This document shows positions 1-9,557 of a stretch of DNA of 34,622 nt, piece after piece. The stretch spans positions 209,242 to 243,863 of the forward strand of contig JBNGIO010006265.1 of NCBI GenBank assembly GCA_049999805.1, read 5' to 3'. The notes beneath the pieces are model-generated. The model did no database searches. It was not told the DNA's origin and worked only from the letters and a program-made list of their open reading frames with translations. Position 1 is the first letter of the stretch. Each line of letters starts with the position of its first letter. The position numbers and the translations under genes are program-made. This DNA comes from Folioceros fuciformis. Lineage: Eukaryota.

Positions 1-484
1 CACTTCAGCACTTCACTTCACCCTCCAGCCCCTCACTTCAGCTCAACTTCTCACTTCAACACTTCCACTTCCAAAATCTGCAACTCAACCCTTCTCTCCT
101 GCAATTTGGAACACAACAGCCTTCCCTCTTGCAGCCTTCAAGGAAGAGGCGAGGCCTAGGGCTGGGTAGCCTCCTTAGCTCACGGCCCTGCAACCTCATC
201 TCAGCCAGCATGCAAGGTGGTCAGCCATTGCGGATCCGGCCACACGAATCTTGGCAGTCTTGGGATCCTCCACATTCCCCTAGTGGCAAGGGAAATCAGG
301 ACCTTGGTTTAGTCTTAACCAGCTCAGCGCCCTAAGCCAAGAATTCTGCACCCAAGGTCCAAGGAAATCGCACCGTAGACAGCCCCCTCCTTAATGGCAG
401 GTCTAGTCTCTTATACTACCTTGGCCCAAACCTCCATCTCTATCTATTAGGGTTAGCCTCAGTCAACCAACCAGCAATCTCTCT

Positions 485-567
485 CTGACCTAAGCCGCCC
501 CTAATTCTGACCTAAACCTAACTCTGACCTAACCCTATTTTTGACCCAAACCTAATTCTGACCTAAT
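485..567 (+). repeat. Telomere-like ~17-bp tandem repeat (YTCTGACCTAAACCTAA)
   Basis: About 5 degenerate copies of TGACCTAA-containing units read directly. Confidence 0.75.
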
Positions 568-1033
568 AGGGATTGTGTGCCATGGACACCACTGGGTGCC
601 CTTACCAAAATTGACCAACCTCTCAAGACTACCAAAATGGTCAGTGCCTCTTAACACTCTCCCTCCTCTCTCAAATCATTCCATCCCTTCTCTCAGATCA
701 TTCCAGCAACCCTTCAAAGACGTGTCTCGCCTCACCATTAATCTAGCTACTAATCTAACCTAATCTTTTAACCATTTCACCACAGGGTTCACTTAGAGAT
801 TCCCAAAAAGAGAAATCCTACTATTTTCCAAGGACCTATTCAGCATGTGGAGTCCACAGTTAGCCTCTACACAAAGCAAACTTTATCTAAGGGTCCCAAA
901 TTTGTAGGAGGTCTTCGATGTGAGCCAAGTCTTCTTCTAGGGCCTCGTCAACAACCCTTCAATGAAATTAAGATGACCTATTGGGACCCCCAAAACCCAC
1001 AATCCTTGCAATGGAGCAATATTCCCTCCAAGT

Positions 1034-1461
1034 ATTAAAGATGACCATGATATCCGAGGGGCCAAAACCTTGCATACAACAAACCTGACTACGAGTTCCA
1101 AATAAGAGAGTTTTTTGAAGAAAAGGTAGAAAGTGGCCTTGATACTTTCTCGTAATCAGAGGATATAAGTGTCTTTCGCCACAAATAGGAACAGGCATTT
1201 TCGAAAGGTGGTGGCAAGGAGGATGATGTCTTAAAATATGCTATGGCATTAAAGATGACCATGATATCCGAGGGGCCAAAACCTTGCATACAACAAACCT
1301 GACTACGAGTTCCAAATAAGAGAGTTTTTTGAAGAAAAGGTAGAAAGTGGCCTTGACACTTTCTCGTAATCAGAGGATATAAGTGTCTTTCGCCACAAAT
1401 AGGAACAGGCATTTTCGAAAGGTGGTGGCAAGGAGGATGATGTCTTAAAATATGCTATGGC
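1034..1461 (+). repeat. Near-perfect 214-bp tandem duplication
   Basis: 1034-1247 and 1248-1461 are identical except gatact/gacact. The ORF track shows the same thing (KYQGH vs KCQGH). Confidence 0.95.
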
Positions 1462-1609
1462 AAAGAGGGTGCCCCAAAAGGATCCCTCAGTCTAATGCAC
1501 ATCATCAAGTGGATAACTAATACCCCTTCCATGGGTTCACTAGAGCTTGGATGAAGAATCATAGAAGGAGCAAACGAATGGGATAAGGGCTAGCTAGTTC
1601 TCCCCACGT

Positions 1610-4600
1610 GAACCTAAGTTTTGAGAAAATGGCAGTGTGGACTCCACATGCTGAACAGACCCCTGGGAAATGATAGGTTTTCTTTTTTTTGGATTTGTGG
1701 GTGAGTGTTGTAGAGGAAAGGTTGGAAGGTTAGGTTAGAATAATAGTTAGGTTGATGGTGAGTCGATAAGGTAGGTAGGTTGTGTGGTAGATAGGACACG
1801 GGCTCTGGTTCCTCGGGGTAAGGTAACGGAGGAATAGGAAACCGGGGACGTCGTGGAAAGTGAGCTGGGGTGTCCTCTGGCTATTGCTAGTGGAAGCTGG
1901 GGACGGAGATGGACGTGTCGGGACGCTGCTTTGGTGCATCGGGTGGAGAGGGATCACCAGAGCACAGGTGGCCAGATTAGCAGACCGGCGGCATCCAGGG
2001 CGGTGGCTTGGATCTGGCCGGATTTAGAAGGCAGGAGCCAGCTTGCGACCTCTGGGCAAGCGGCTGGCAGTAGGCTAGTAGGAGGGTTGGCTAGCGGATC
2101 GGCTGCAGGGGATCCAGCCAGACAACCTGGACGGCCCGGTTGGACGGCAGGGAATCTGGGAGGCCAAGGCTGGTGGCTGGCTCCCGGGCTGGATATGGAG
2201 GCCGGGGGTCGGCAAGTGGCACTGGCCAGTTGGCCATGGCAAGCCGCGGCGCTAGCAAGCAGCTTGGCCTGGCTGCAGGCCACCAGCCGCTGTAGCAAGG
2301 CGGCCTCGTAGCAGCAGCAGGGACAGGGTGGTATGGGGTCTAGCCAGGGCAAATCCAACCAAGCAACTAGTTGATCGGCTGGGCAAGGGTCTGGTCATGG
2401 CGACTGGTCGCGATGGGGCCAGACAGGTGCTGGCCGGATCGCCAACCAGCTAGCAGGCAGGCTGCCTGGCCAGTTCCAGGCCGGGCTGGCCAGCGGGCGA
2501 GTCCAGGCACGCGAGCCGGTTGGTAGGGGGCCTACTAAATCCGGCTGGCTTGCGAGCTGGATCTAGCCAGCCAGCAGGCTGACCAGGCCACGGACAGCAA
2601 CGGCCGTGGATAGCGTGCGATCGGATCGCGGCCAAGCAGCAGGCGGGGTGGATCTAAGCTGATTAGGACCAGGGCTGGAACCGAAGGCTGGAAAGCGTTT
2701 CAGCAGCAGGATCCCATGCAGCGCCTGGTTGGGTGGGATCATGGCAAGTAGTCGGATTCAGTCGGCCAGGCGGATAGAGGGGAGCGGTGGCCTCCAAGTG
2801 ACCGACGCTCCGAGCGGGCGGGCGCCGAGTTGGATCGGCAAGGCGAGTAGCAGGGGGGCTGGCTTAGCAGTGACCAGCTGCTGAGCGGCAGCCAGGCAGT
2901 CAGGGGCCGATCGGGGTGCGGATCCGCTGGCTGGGGTGGCCCGGCAGCTAGAGGAGCAAGCATGCCATCTGGCTGGTAGGAACTGGTCAGGGTAGGTTCA
3001 CGGCGAAATGCTAGGCGGCGTGGCTGGTCTCGGCTGAGCATAGTGGCCTGGTTGGCTGCCTTAGGTAGTCGAACGCCCGGCCCAGAAACAGCCAGGAGGG
3101 GCCGGAATGGTGGCCGGCTGGGGTCAGATGATTTAGAAGCCAGGCCGAACCACAGGAGTAGATTAGGATGAAGGTAGGCGAGCCGAGCAGACCGGACGCG
3201 GGGGGGAATGGTCGCCTAGCCAGGTCTCAGCAGACGGCCCGGCCGACGACCGGCAACAAGGAGGCGAGCCCGAAATCGGGATTGTAGGGGAGACCCTTGA
3301 GGCTTGGCAAGCATCCCCCGCCGGAGGACTGCTGGGCCAGGGACGTCTGGAGGATGGAGCAGCCAAGACAGGCTGCAGGAGTATCCAGCCGGCGACGACC
3401 TAGCAGCTAGGGGTCTCTGGCTAGCTGGTTGGGCAAGCGGGACAAAGTGGATCTAAGGGGGGTTGGGCTATCTTCCTGGCTAGCTGTCTTAGCTAGGCGA
3501 ATGCTCGGCCGTGAGCAACCGAGATGAGCCGTGACGGCTAGCCGAACAAGGGGGTTGCTGGTTGGAGATGGCGGTGAGGAGTTGGCGGTGAGGAGTCTGG
3601 TCAGCAACCCAGCCCGTTCCAAGTGCAAGCGAGGAGTAGGCGGCCTACAGGCTGGTCGCCTGGCCAGATCTAGGCAAAGGCAGGCTGGCCAGTCAAGTCT
3701 GGTCGGCTGGCCAGCTAGCTGAATCAAGAAAACGGCAGGCGACTCGGCAACCAAGCGAGCTGACTGGATCTAGTCCCGATCAGCCGGAGACTGAGCAGCT
3801 GGGATAGTTGCAGTTTGGCTGGAAGCAGGGCTAGGGGAGTCACGGCGTGATGGCTGAATCCAGACGATGGCTGAGGATAAGCGGTTGGATCCGAGAGCAC
3901 CAGGTGCGGACGGACTTGCACTTAGTGCACTGCAAACCAAGGATAGTGGCTTGTCCCAAATCCCGGTCAAACCAGGTGCAGTGCAGATCAACTAACCCCA
4001 TCGACGATTCTGTATGGTCGTTCCTTCAAGTTGGACAGAATGGTCTCGACCGGATCTAGCAGCCGAAGACTGGCCAAATGGCTGGTTGGATAGCCGGTAG
4101 GCCTAATGGCCCATAGGCGGCTGCCTAGGGGAAAGACAGGGGAGTGTCCCGAGGGACACTCCAAGGATGACAGCCTGACACTGGAACACTGGTTGTAGAC
4201 TACTGCCAGGGAATTTTAGGGCGTAGGCTGCCCCACCCAGGCATCGAAGGCACCATGCCAGCCAGGGGCCGTAATTTGCATACGGCTTGCCATCCGCGGT
4301 TAGATGGTTGGAACTGACTCGCTACCGCAGGCGGAGGGCCGGATGCTACTTGCGGCGATGATGGATGGTGTGTGCCATGCCAGGACGCGACGCCCTGGGC
4401 TATCCGCTCAAGGGCATCAGTCCAGCAGCTTGGAGGGTGGTCCGCCAAGGACATAAGTGACACTCGGCTTTCCATCCATGAGTAGCAACCCTGGTTGCTT
4501 GTAGGCCGAAGGCCTAGCCTAGGGCCAGGAATCTTGGCCAGCCGTAGCCAGGAGGGAAGGACCTGAAGGTGGGAGACTCTGGGGAAGGAGGCAGGGTAAT

Positions 4601-5460
4601 CAGAAGAGGGGAGATGATCTAACCCGGGAGGGAAGAAGGGGGAAAGAGAAGCACCCCTGATGTGTGGTAATTGTGAGGGGTTGATGATTTTGGGGATTTT
4701 GATGAAAGGGCAGCTAACGGTGTCAAGGGGCAATTAGAAGCAGGGGTAGGTTAAAGTTAGGGTTCTTGGTTGGGATTAGGTCTAGGTCAGGCCTAGATTA
4801 GGTTGAGGTCATACCTAGGTCAGGTTGAGGTCATACCTAGGTCAGGTTTAGGTCAGACCTAGGTAAGGTTTATGTCAGACCTAGGTTAGGGTTAGGTCAG
4901 ACCTAGGTTAGGTTTAGGTCAGAACCGGATGTAGGATGGTTTAAGTCAGAGAGAGAGATGAGGGTTAGGGGTATAAGAGGAGAGGCCTGCCATTGAGAGT
5001 GGGCGGTCTATGGTGTGAGGTCCCCGGGTTTTGTGGGTAGAACTCCTGGCTTAGGGCGCTGAGCCGGTTGAGGTCGACCCAAAGTCCTGATTCCCTTGCC
5101 ACTAGGGGAGCGTGGGGATCCCGGGGCTGTCAAGATCCGTGTGGCCGGATCCGCAAGGGCTACATGATTCGCAGGTTGGCTGAAGTGAAGGAACAGGACC
5201 GTGAGCTGAAGGGCTATCCAGTCCTAGATCCCCACTATGCTTGAAGACTGCAAGAAGTGAAGCCATTGTGTCTAATTTCCAGGAGGGGGAGCTGAAGAAA
5301 AGAGAGGAAGAGTTGAAGTGGGGATCTTGGAGGACTGAAGTGAAGAGGAAGGGACTGAAGTGGGAATCTTGAAGCGCTGAGGTCAAGGAGAAAGTGGCTG
5401 AAGTGGGAATCAAGAAGGGCTGGAGGACTGAAGTACAAGAGTGTGAGTTGGGTGAGCTGA
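1610..5460 (-). mobile_element. Degenerate retrotransposon-like repeat, copy B (longer, with GC-rich Pro/Ala/Ser-coding-like core)
   Basis: Colinear inverted homology to 1-870 at both ends. The GC-rich interior ~1850-4600 has only broken low-complexity ORFs. No RT, integrase or transposase motif seen, so the class is uncertain. Confidence 0.55.
4772..4925. repeat. 22-bp tandem minisatellite (TAGGTCAGGTTTAGGTCAGACC) x ~7, telomere-like
   Basis: Units start at 4794, 4816, 4838, 4860, 4882 and 4904, plus a degenerate one at ~4772. Confidence 0.9.
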
Positions 5461-7151
5461 CTTAGGAGGTAGGCTAGGCTTCTAGTCCTTTTGTTTGGAG
5501 TGTATGGACAGACCTATAGACCGGCTGATAGGTAGAAGTGCGGTAGGTAGCGTTCCTTGGCACTAGTTCACTCCCTTGGGAGCGAACCATAGGACTACAA
5601 CGACAATAGGGGAATGTGTGGCCCCTTGGGTGGTTCTTGGGTGCAAGAAATCACTCCACAGGCGGCCTTGGAAATTATATTAAGATCATTTTCAATGTCT
5701 ACGTATACTGCCATCCAAAACGAATGGGACTTGAGGACAATCTAGAGACCAAAGACAATGGACAAAGTTGGCTTCTCTAAGGCAAGTAGCCTTCTAGCCC
5801 CCAACACTTGAGAGATCTAGCATGGGATCTACCCCCTTGTAGTAGCTGCTACCAAAGAAAAATGCTCAGGAAAACCAGTTATGGGATCCTCAAAAGAGAA
5901 GTAATCTTGGAGATGGTCATACTCTATCCCTAGCAACCCTCATAAAGACAGCCATGGGGCTATAGAGAGCTTGAAAAAAGGCTGACTTGTCCAAACAAAA
6001 AGGCTCCTCAACCGAATAGTTTAAAATGTCTAGCAAGAAAACCTCACAAGGACTCAAGTGAAGAGCGCAAAGTATCACAATAGTGACTTTAAGTGTGACA
6101 CTACAACTTCAAGCGTAGAGCCTTAGTTGTTCAAGCATACTCCCCATCCTGACTAGGCAAGCGACACCTATTGAGACATGCTTTACTAAGTTCCGAGCAA
6201 ACCTTATTTACCTTGGTGGACTCCAATTAAGATGTTGCCGCAAATGGATCTTTCTCCACATAATCAACTAATCACCCAACTGAAAGTGTCAAGGATGAGA
6301 AGCGACCTCGTTATGCCATGAAGGACCACTTTGAAAGTGACAAGGACACCATCTAGGGAGGGAGAGAAATAATACTTAACCATCTTCATCCCTAGCATCT
6401 TCGTTCCAAACATGTATAGTAGGGTAGGCCGACATCGTCGTGAAGACATCTTGGAAGATGTCAGAAAAGGCAAGGGCTAGGAAAGTGAGCATAAAAGAGG
6501 GCCATTAAATCCTCTACATCCCTCCAAACCCACAACTAGGCCTATGGAGGTAGCTCTATGGTTATTGGCGAAAGAGGAGTTGGGTTAGGAGCAAGCTCAA
6601 AGAGAGAAGAAGCTTGAAGTTGCACCTCATATCTTATCTTGTGAAAATCCTTGTGCTTATGCCTAATATGACACTTAACTCCTTTGACCTTGAAGCACAA
6701 TGAATAGCAAACCGAGCAAAGGGTGATATTAAGGAGCAAAGACTAGGTGACATGTATTATACTAGAAATTGTCACGAGAATTGTACCTCTGCTACTTGAA
6801 ACTAATTTAAAGATTGTGTCCTTGGTACATGAAAGTGCCTCAAGACTTGTACATTTGAAACCTATATCAATTATTTAAATCTTAACCCTGTAAGTTGGGC
6901 CTAAAACGAAAACTCTAAATTGGTAAAAACGAGTCATAGAAATAAATTGAACCCCAAGTATGAAATCTAAAAATTCTAAATGTTAAAAAAACATAATCTT
7001 TAGAGAAACTTACATCTTAGAAGATTTATTAAAGCAACATGCACTTTCCAACCCCATATACGTAAATATTCTAACTTGAGCACCCTCAAATGAAAGGAAA
7101 AGAAAAAATATATATACATTTTTGTTTTTCAACAAGTTCAAAAGAGAGTGT

Positions 7152-8293
7152 GGTATGGTCCATTGGGACATGTTCTATTGCTTGTATGTATCTGTGTTTG
7201 AAGTGCAGAATGGACTAGGCTACTTAGATGTAAGCCCAACAAACTTGGTTGGTCAAATTATTTTGTGAGCTTCTTCCACATATGTATAAAAAAGTGCATA
7301 CTGTGTTTTGTTGGTGCAAGATGAAATTAAAGGGGAACAAACCCCTCGTTAGGATAATATTGCTAATTCTCAATTTGGTTAGGGACATGCGTCTACCATG
7401 TTAGTTGTCACAATAACAAGAGAGGATGTTGCTTGCAAATTCCAATCTATGTGGAGAGGCTTTCTATAGTGAAGACCTATGGTATACTATAGAGGACAAA
7501 GAGTATTTATCCTCTTTCGCCATGCTACGCACCTTACTAGTGTTTGTTTAGTGCTTAAATGAACAAAACCCCTCTTGTTAAAGAGGACATGTTGTTGGGA
7601 AAGAAAAGTAATGTACACCCATAGAGTGCCTAAGTGTTCTCACTTGTTTCCTATGAAAACCACCCTTCTGATTTGCTTATCACTCTTAACTCACTTCCCC
7701 ATTCGCTCACTACCCTAGCTCACTCCCCATTCGTTTCTACTCTTTGCACACCCCATCTTCCCTTTGTTCTTAGTGCTCAGCTTGATAGCAAATAAATCGA
7801 TTATAAATATGAAATGGTCTAGGTAGAGGAATCGTTCTGATCAGGTTCTTTGTCCCTCTCCCCAATCCCTCATGATTATTTGCAATTAGTGAGCCAAGGC
7901 ATCTACCCACAAATTGGGGATTGAGGAGAACAATCGTGATCAACATGATCCCTCATTCGCAAACAAGATTAATATCCTCTTTCTTAGTTTTGAAGTTTTT
8001 TTTGTCGTACGGCCTTTTCGTCGAAGCTATGTCTCAAAGTTTTTTTGGTTTTGGCTTGTACCTTTTATGAATGTCTTGTTTGGTACATTGTTCCCTTCAC
8101 TTGCATGCCAAAGGAGAGAAAGTATCTTGGAAGGGTATGCATCCATGTAGATAGAAAATTTTATCAAAATAAAGGAGAGAAAATGTGTTCACTTTGGCAT
8201 GCCAAAGAGACCATATCAGTTAAACTTGGATATGACTTTTATGAAGAATTGTCCATCCAAGCCTTTTGTAACTACATGGCGGGAATTTTTTAA
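7152..8293 (+). mobile_element. Highly decayed LINE (L1-like) ORF2 C-terminal remnant
   Basis: The frame from 7152 reads MVHWDMFYC...QNGLGYLDV (cf. plant L1 'VxWxxxxxPKxxGGLG'), with FQSMWRGF in the same frame at 7440. SKFFWFWL and KMCSLWHAKETI at ~8030-8215 resemble the zf-RVT CxxCxxxETxxH motif. Many stops. Confidence 0.5.
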
Positions 8294-9374
8294 GACCAAT
8301 AGAATAGTATCACTATGGAGGCCAAGACCCACCCTCACACTTGCCCATGCCCCCGTGTGTGAGAGACTGTGTGAGCATATGTGAGGGCCTAAATGCGGTT
8401 GATGTAGAGGATCCTCAAACTCAGCAAGCATAAATAGTGAGTGAGTTGAGTGGTGTGGTTTATTGAAGAAAGAGTGTGAAAGTGCAATCCATAGACATCC
8501 ATTTTTCTTGGCATGCTAGCAACATGTTCTCTTTGGTAAGGAGGGTATCGGGTCATTATGGCACCAAAGTGGTCAAAAATGGTGTGTCTGGTGTTTCCAA
8601 AGAGGGCAAATAGTCTCTTCTCCTCTTAGTCATGCCATGCAACACAATGCTTGGGCGACTTCGAACAGTATTGATGACTTTGGTGCAAAAGATCATGATG
8701 TTCAATTGGGCTTCTCCACACATAGGTTGAACCCACATAGTCATCGGTTCACATCCTACTCCTTATCGCCAATCTCCCAAGTCCATAAGGGCTCGACTCC
8801 ACTCTTGCTCTAGAAAGGGCACCTAACTATTGACTCATACAAGGCTTTATAGACTGCATCAACCAACATCCTACCAATCGAGTAATCGTCCTGTACATGA
8901 ATGACCAACTTAAGGGTATAATCTTGTAGAAACACTACCTCCCATTTCGCTTGTCACTCTTGAAGGAGATGTGCTATTAAGAGGAGATGCTTGCTCATTC
9001 CAAAAATTGATTGAAATTTGTGTATGTCTTGGCTTACCTCTACTCTACTAAGCATGTGTCCATTATGTCCTTCAACTAGCTTGCGAGTCATGTCAGGGAC
9101 TAATAGCCTACATACCAAGAGAGCGATGCTCTCCTTCTACTCTTGGCTGTGCCTTTCAATCGTAGGTCTAGTGGGCTTTGTTCTTTTTGGGCACATGGGT
9201 TTTCCGTTGAACTTCTGTTACAATGTATTTTTTTACATTTCAATTCGAAGACGAGATCGAAAATTTCAGAATACGTAAGGCTTTCTTCCTAGTGCGACGG
9301 TTCATTTTGGAATAGGCGGTGACGGAAAAACGCACAGAAGGTATTGATTTTGTAATGCAAGAAAAGGCAATGGA

Positions 9375-9382
9375 TTTCCCGC
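9375..9382 (+). promoter_or_regulatory. E2F binding site TTTCCCGC upstream of WDHD1
   Basis: Exact match to the TTTSSCGC consensus just upstream (across an N gap) of a DNA replication gene. Confidence 0.6.
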
Positions 9383-9390
9383 GCTACGGG

Positions 9391-9490
9391 NNNNNNNNNN
9401 NNNNNNNNNNNNNNNNNNNNNNNNNNNNNNNNNNNNNNNNNNNNNNNNNNNNNNNNNNNNNNNNNNNNNNNNNNNNNNNNNNNNNNNNNN
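9391..9490. other. Assembly gap (100 N)
   Basis: Run of 100 N. Confidence 0.99.
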
Positions 9491-9557
9491 TACGGGGAAT
9501 GCTTTGGTTTTGGGGTGCAGGAGGGGCCGGAGGACGGCGTGGAGGCAACGGGCCGCA

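Larger units (their letters stand above)
1..1600 (+). mobile_element. Degenerate retrotransposon-like repeat, copy A (lacks the GC-rich core of copy B; gag-like remnant at 3' end)
   Basis: 225-345 matches the reverse complement of ~5045-5160, ~575-620 resembles that of ~4690-4735, and ~725-870 matches that of ~1625-1780 (shared TTCAGCATGTGGAGTCCACA). One frame at 1072-1247 reads AYNKPDYEFQIREFFEEKVESGLDTFS*SEDISVFRHK*EQAFSKGGGKEDDVLKYAM. Its two stops look like CAA>TAA and TGG>TAG transitions. The gag assignment is by resemblance only. Confidence 0.55.

Noticed and set aside
1853..3754. Many 60-150 aa ORFs on both strands
   Set aside because: Expected in GC-rich low-complexity repeat DNA; no domain motifs and frequent stops.
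5565..5590. Possible primer-binding site TGGTTCGCTCCC on the minus strand upstream of copy B
   Set aside because: It starts with TGG, but I cannot match it convincingly to a tRNA 3' end or find an adjoining CA-ended LTR.
5650..6780. Decayed coding-like sequence
   Set aside because: Probably a TE remnant, but no frame gives a recognisable motif, so it is left uncalled.
8450..9000. Possible LINE endonuclease remnant on the minus strand (EVVFLQ)
   Set aside because: Single short motif; the GDFN and SDH motifs were not found.
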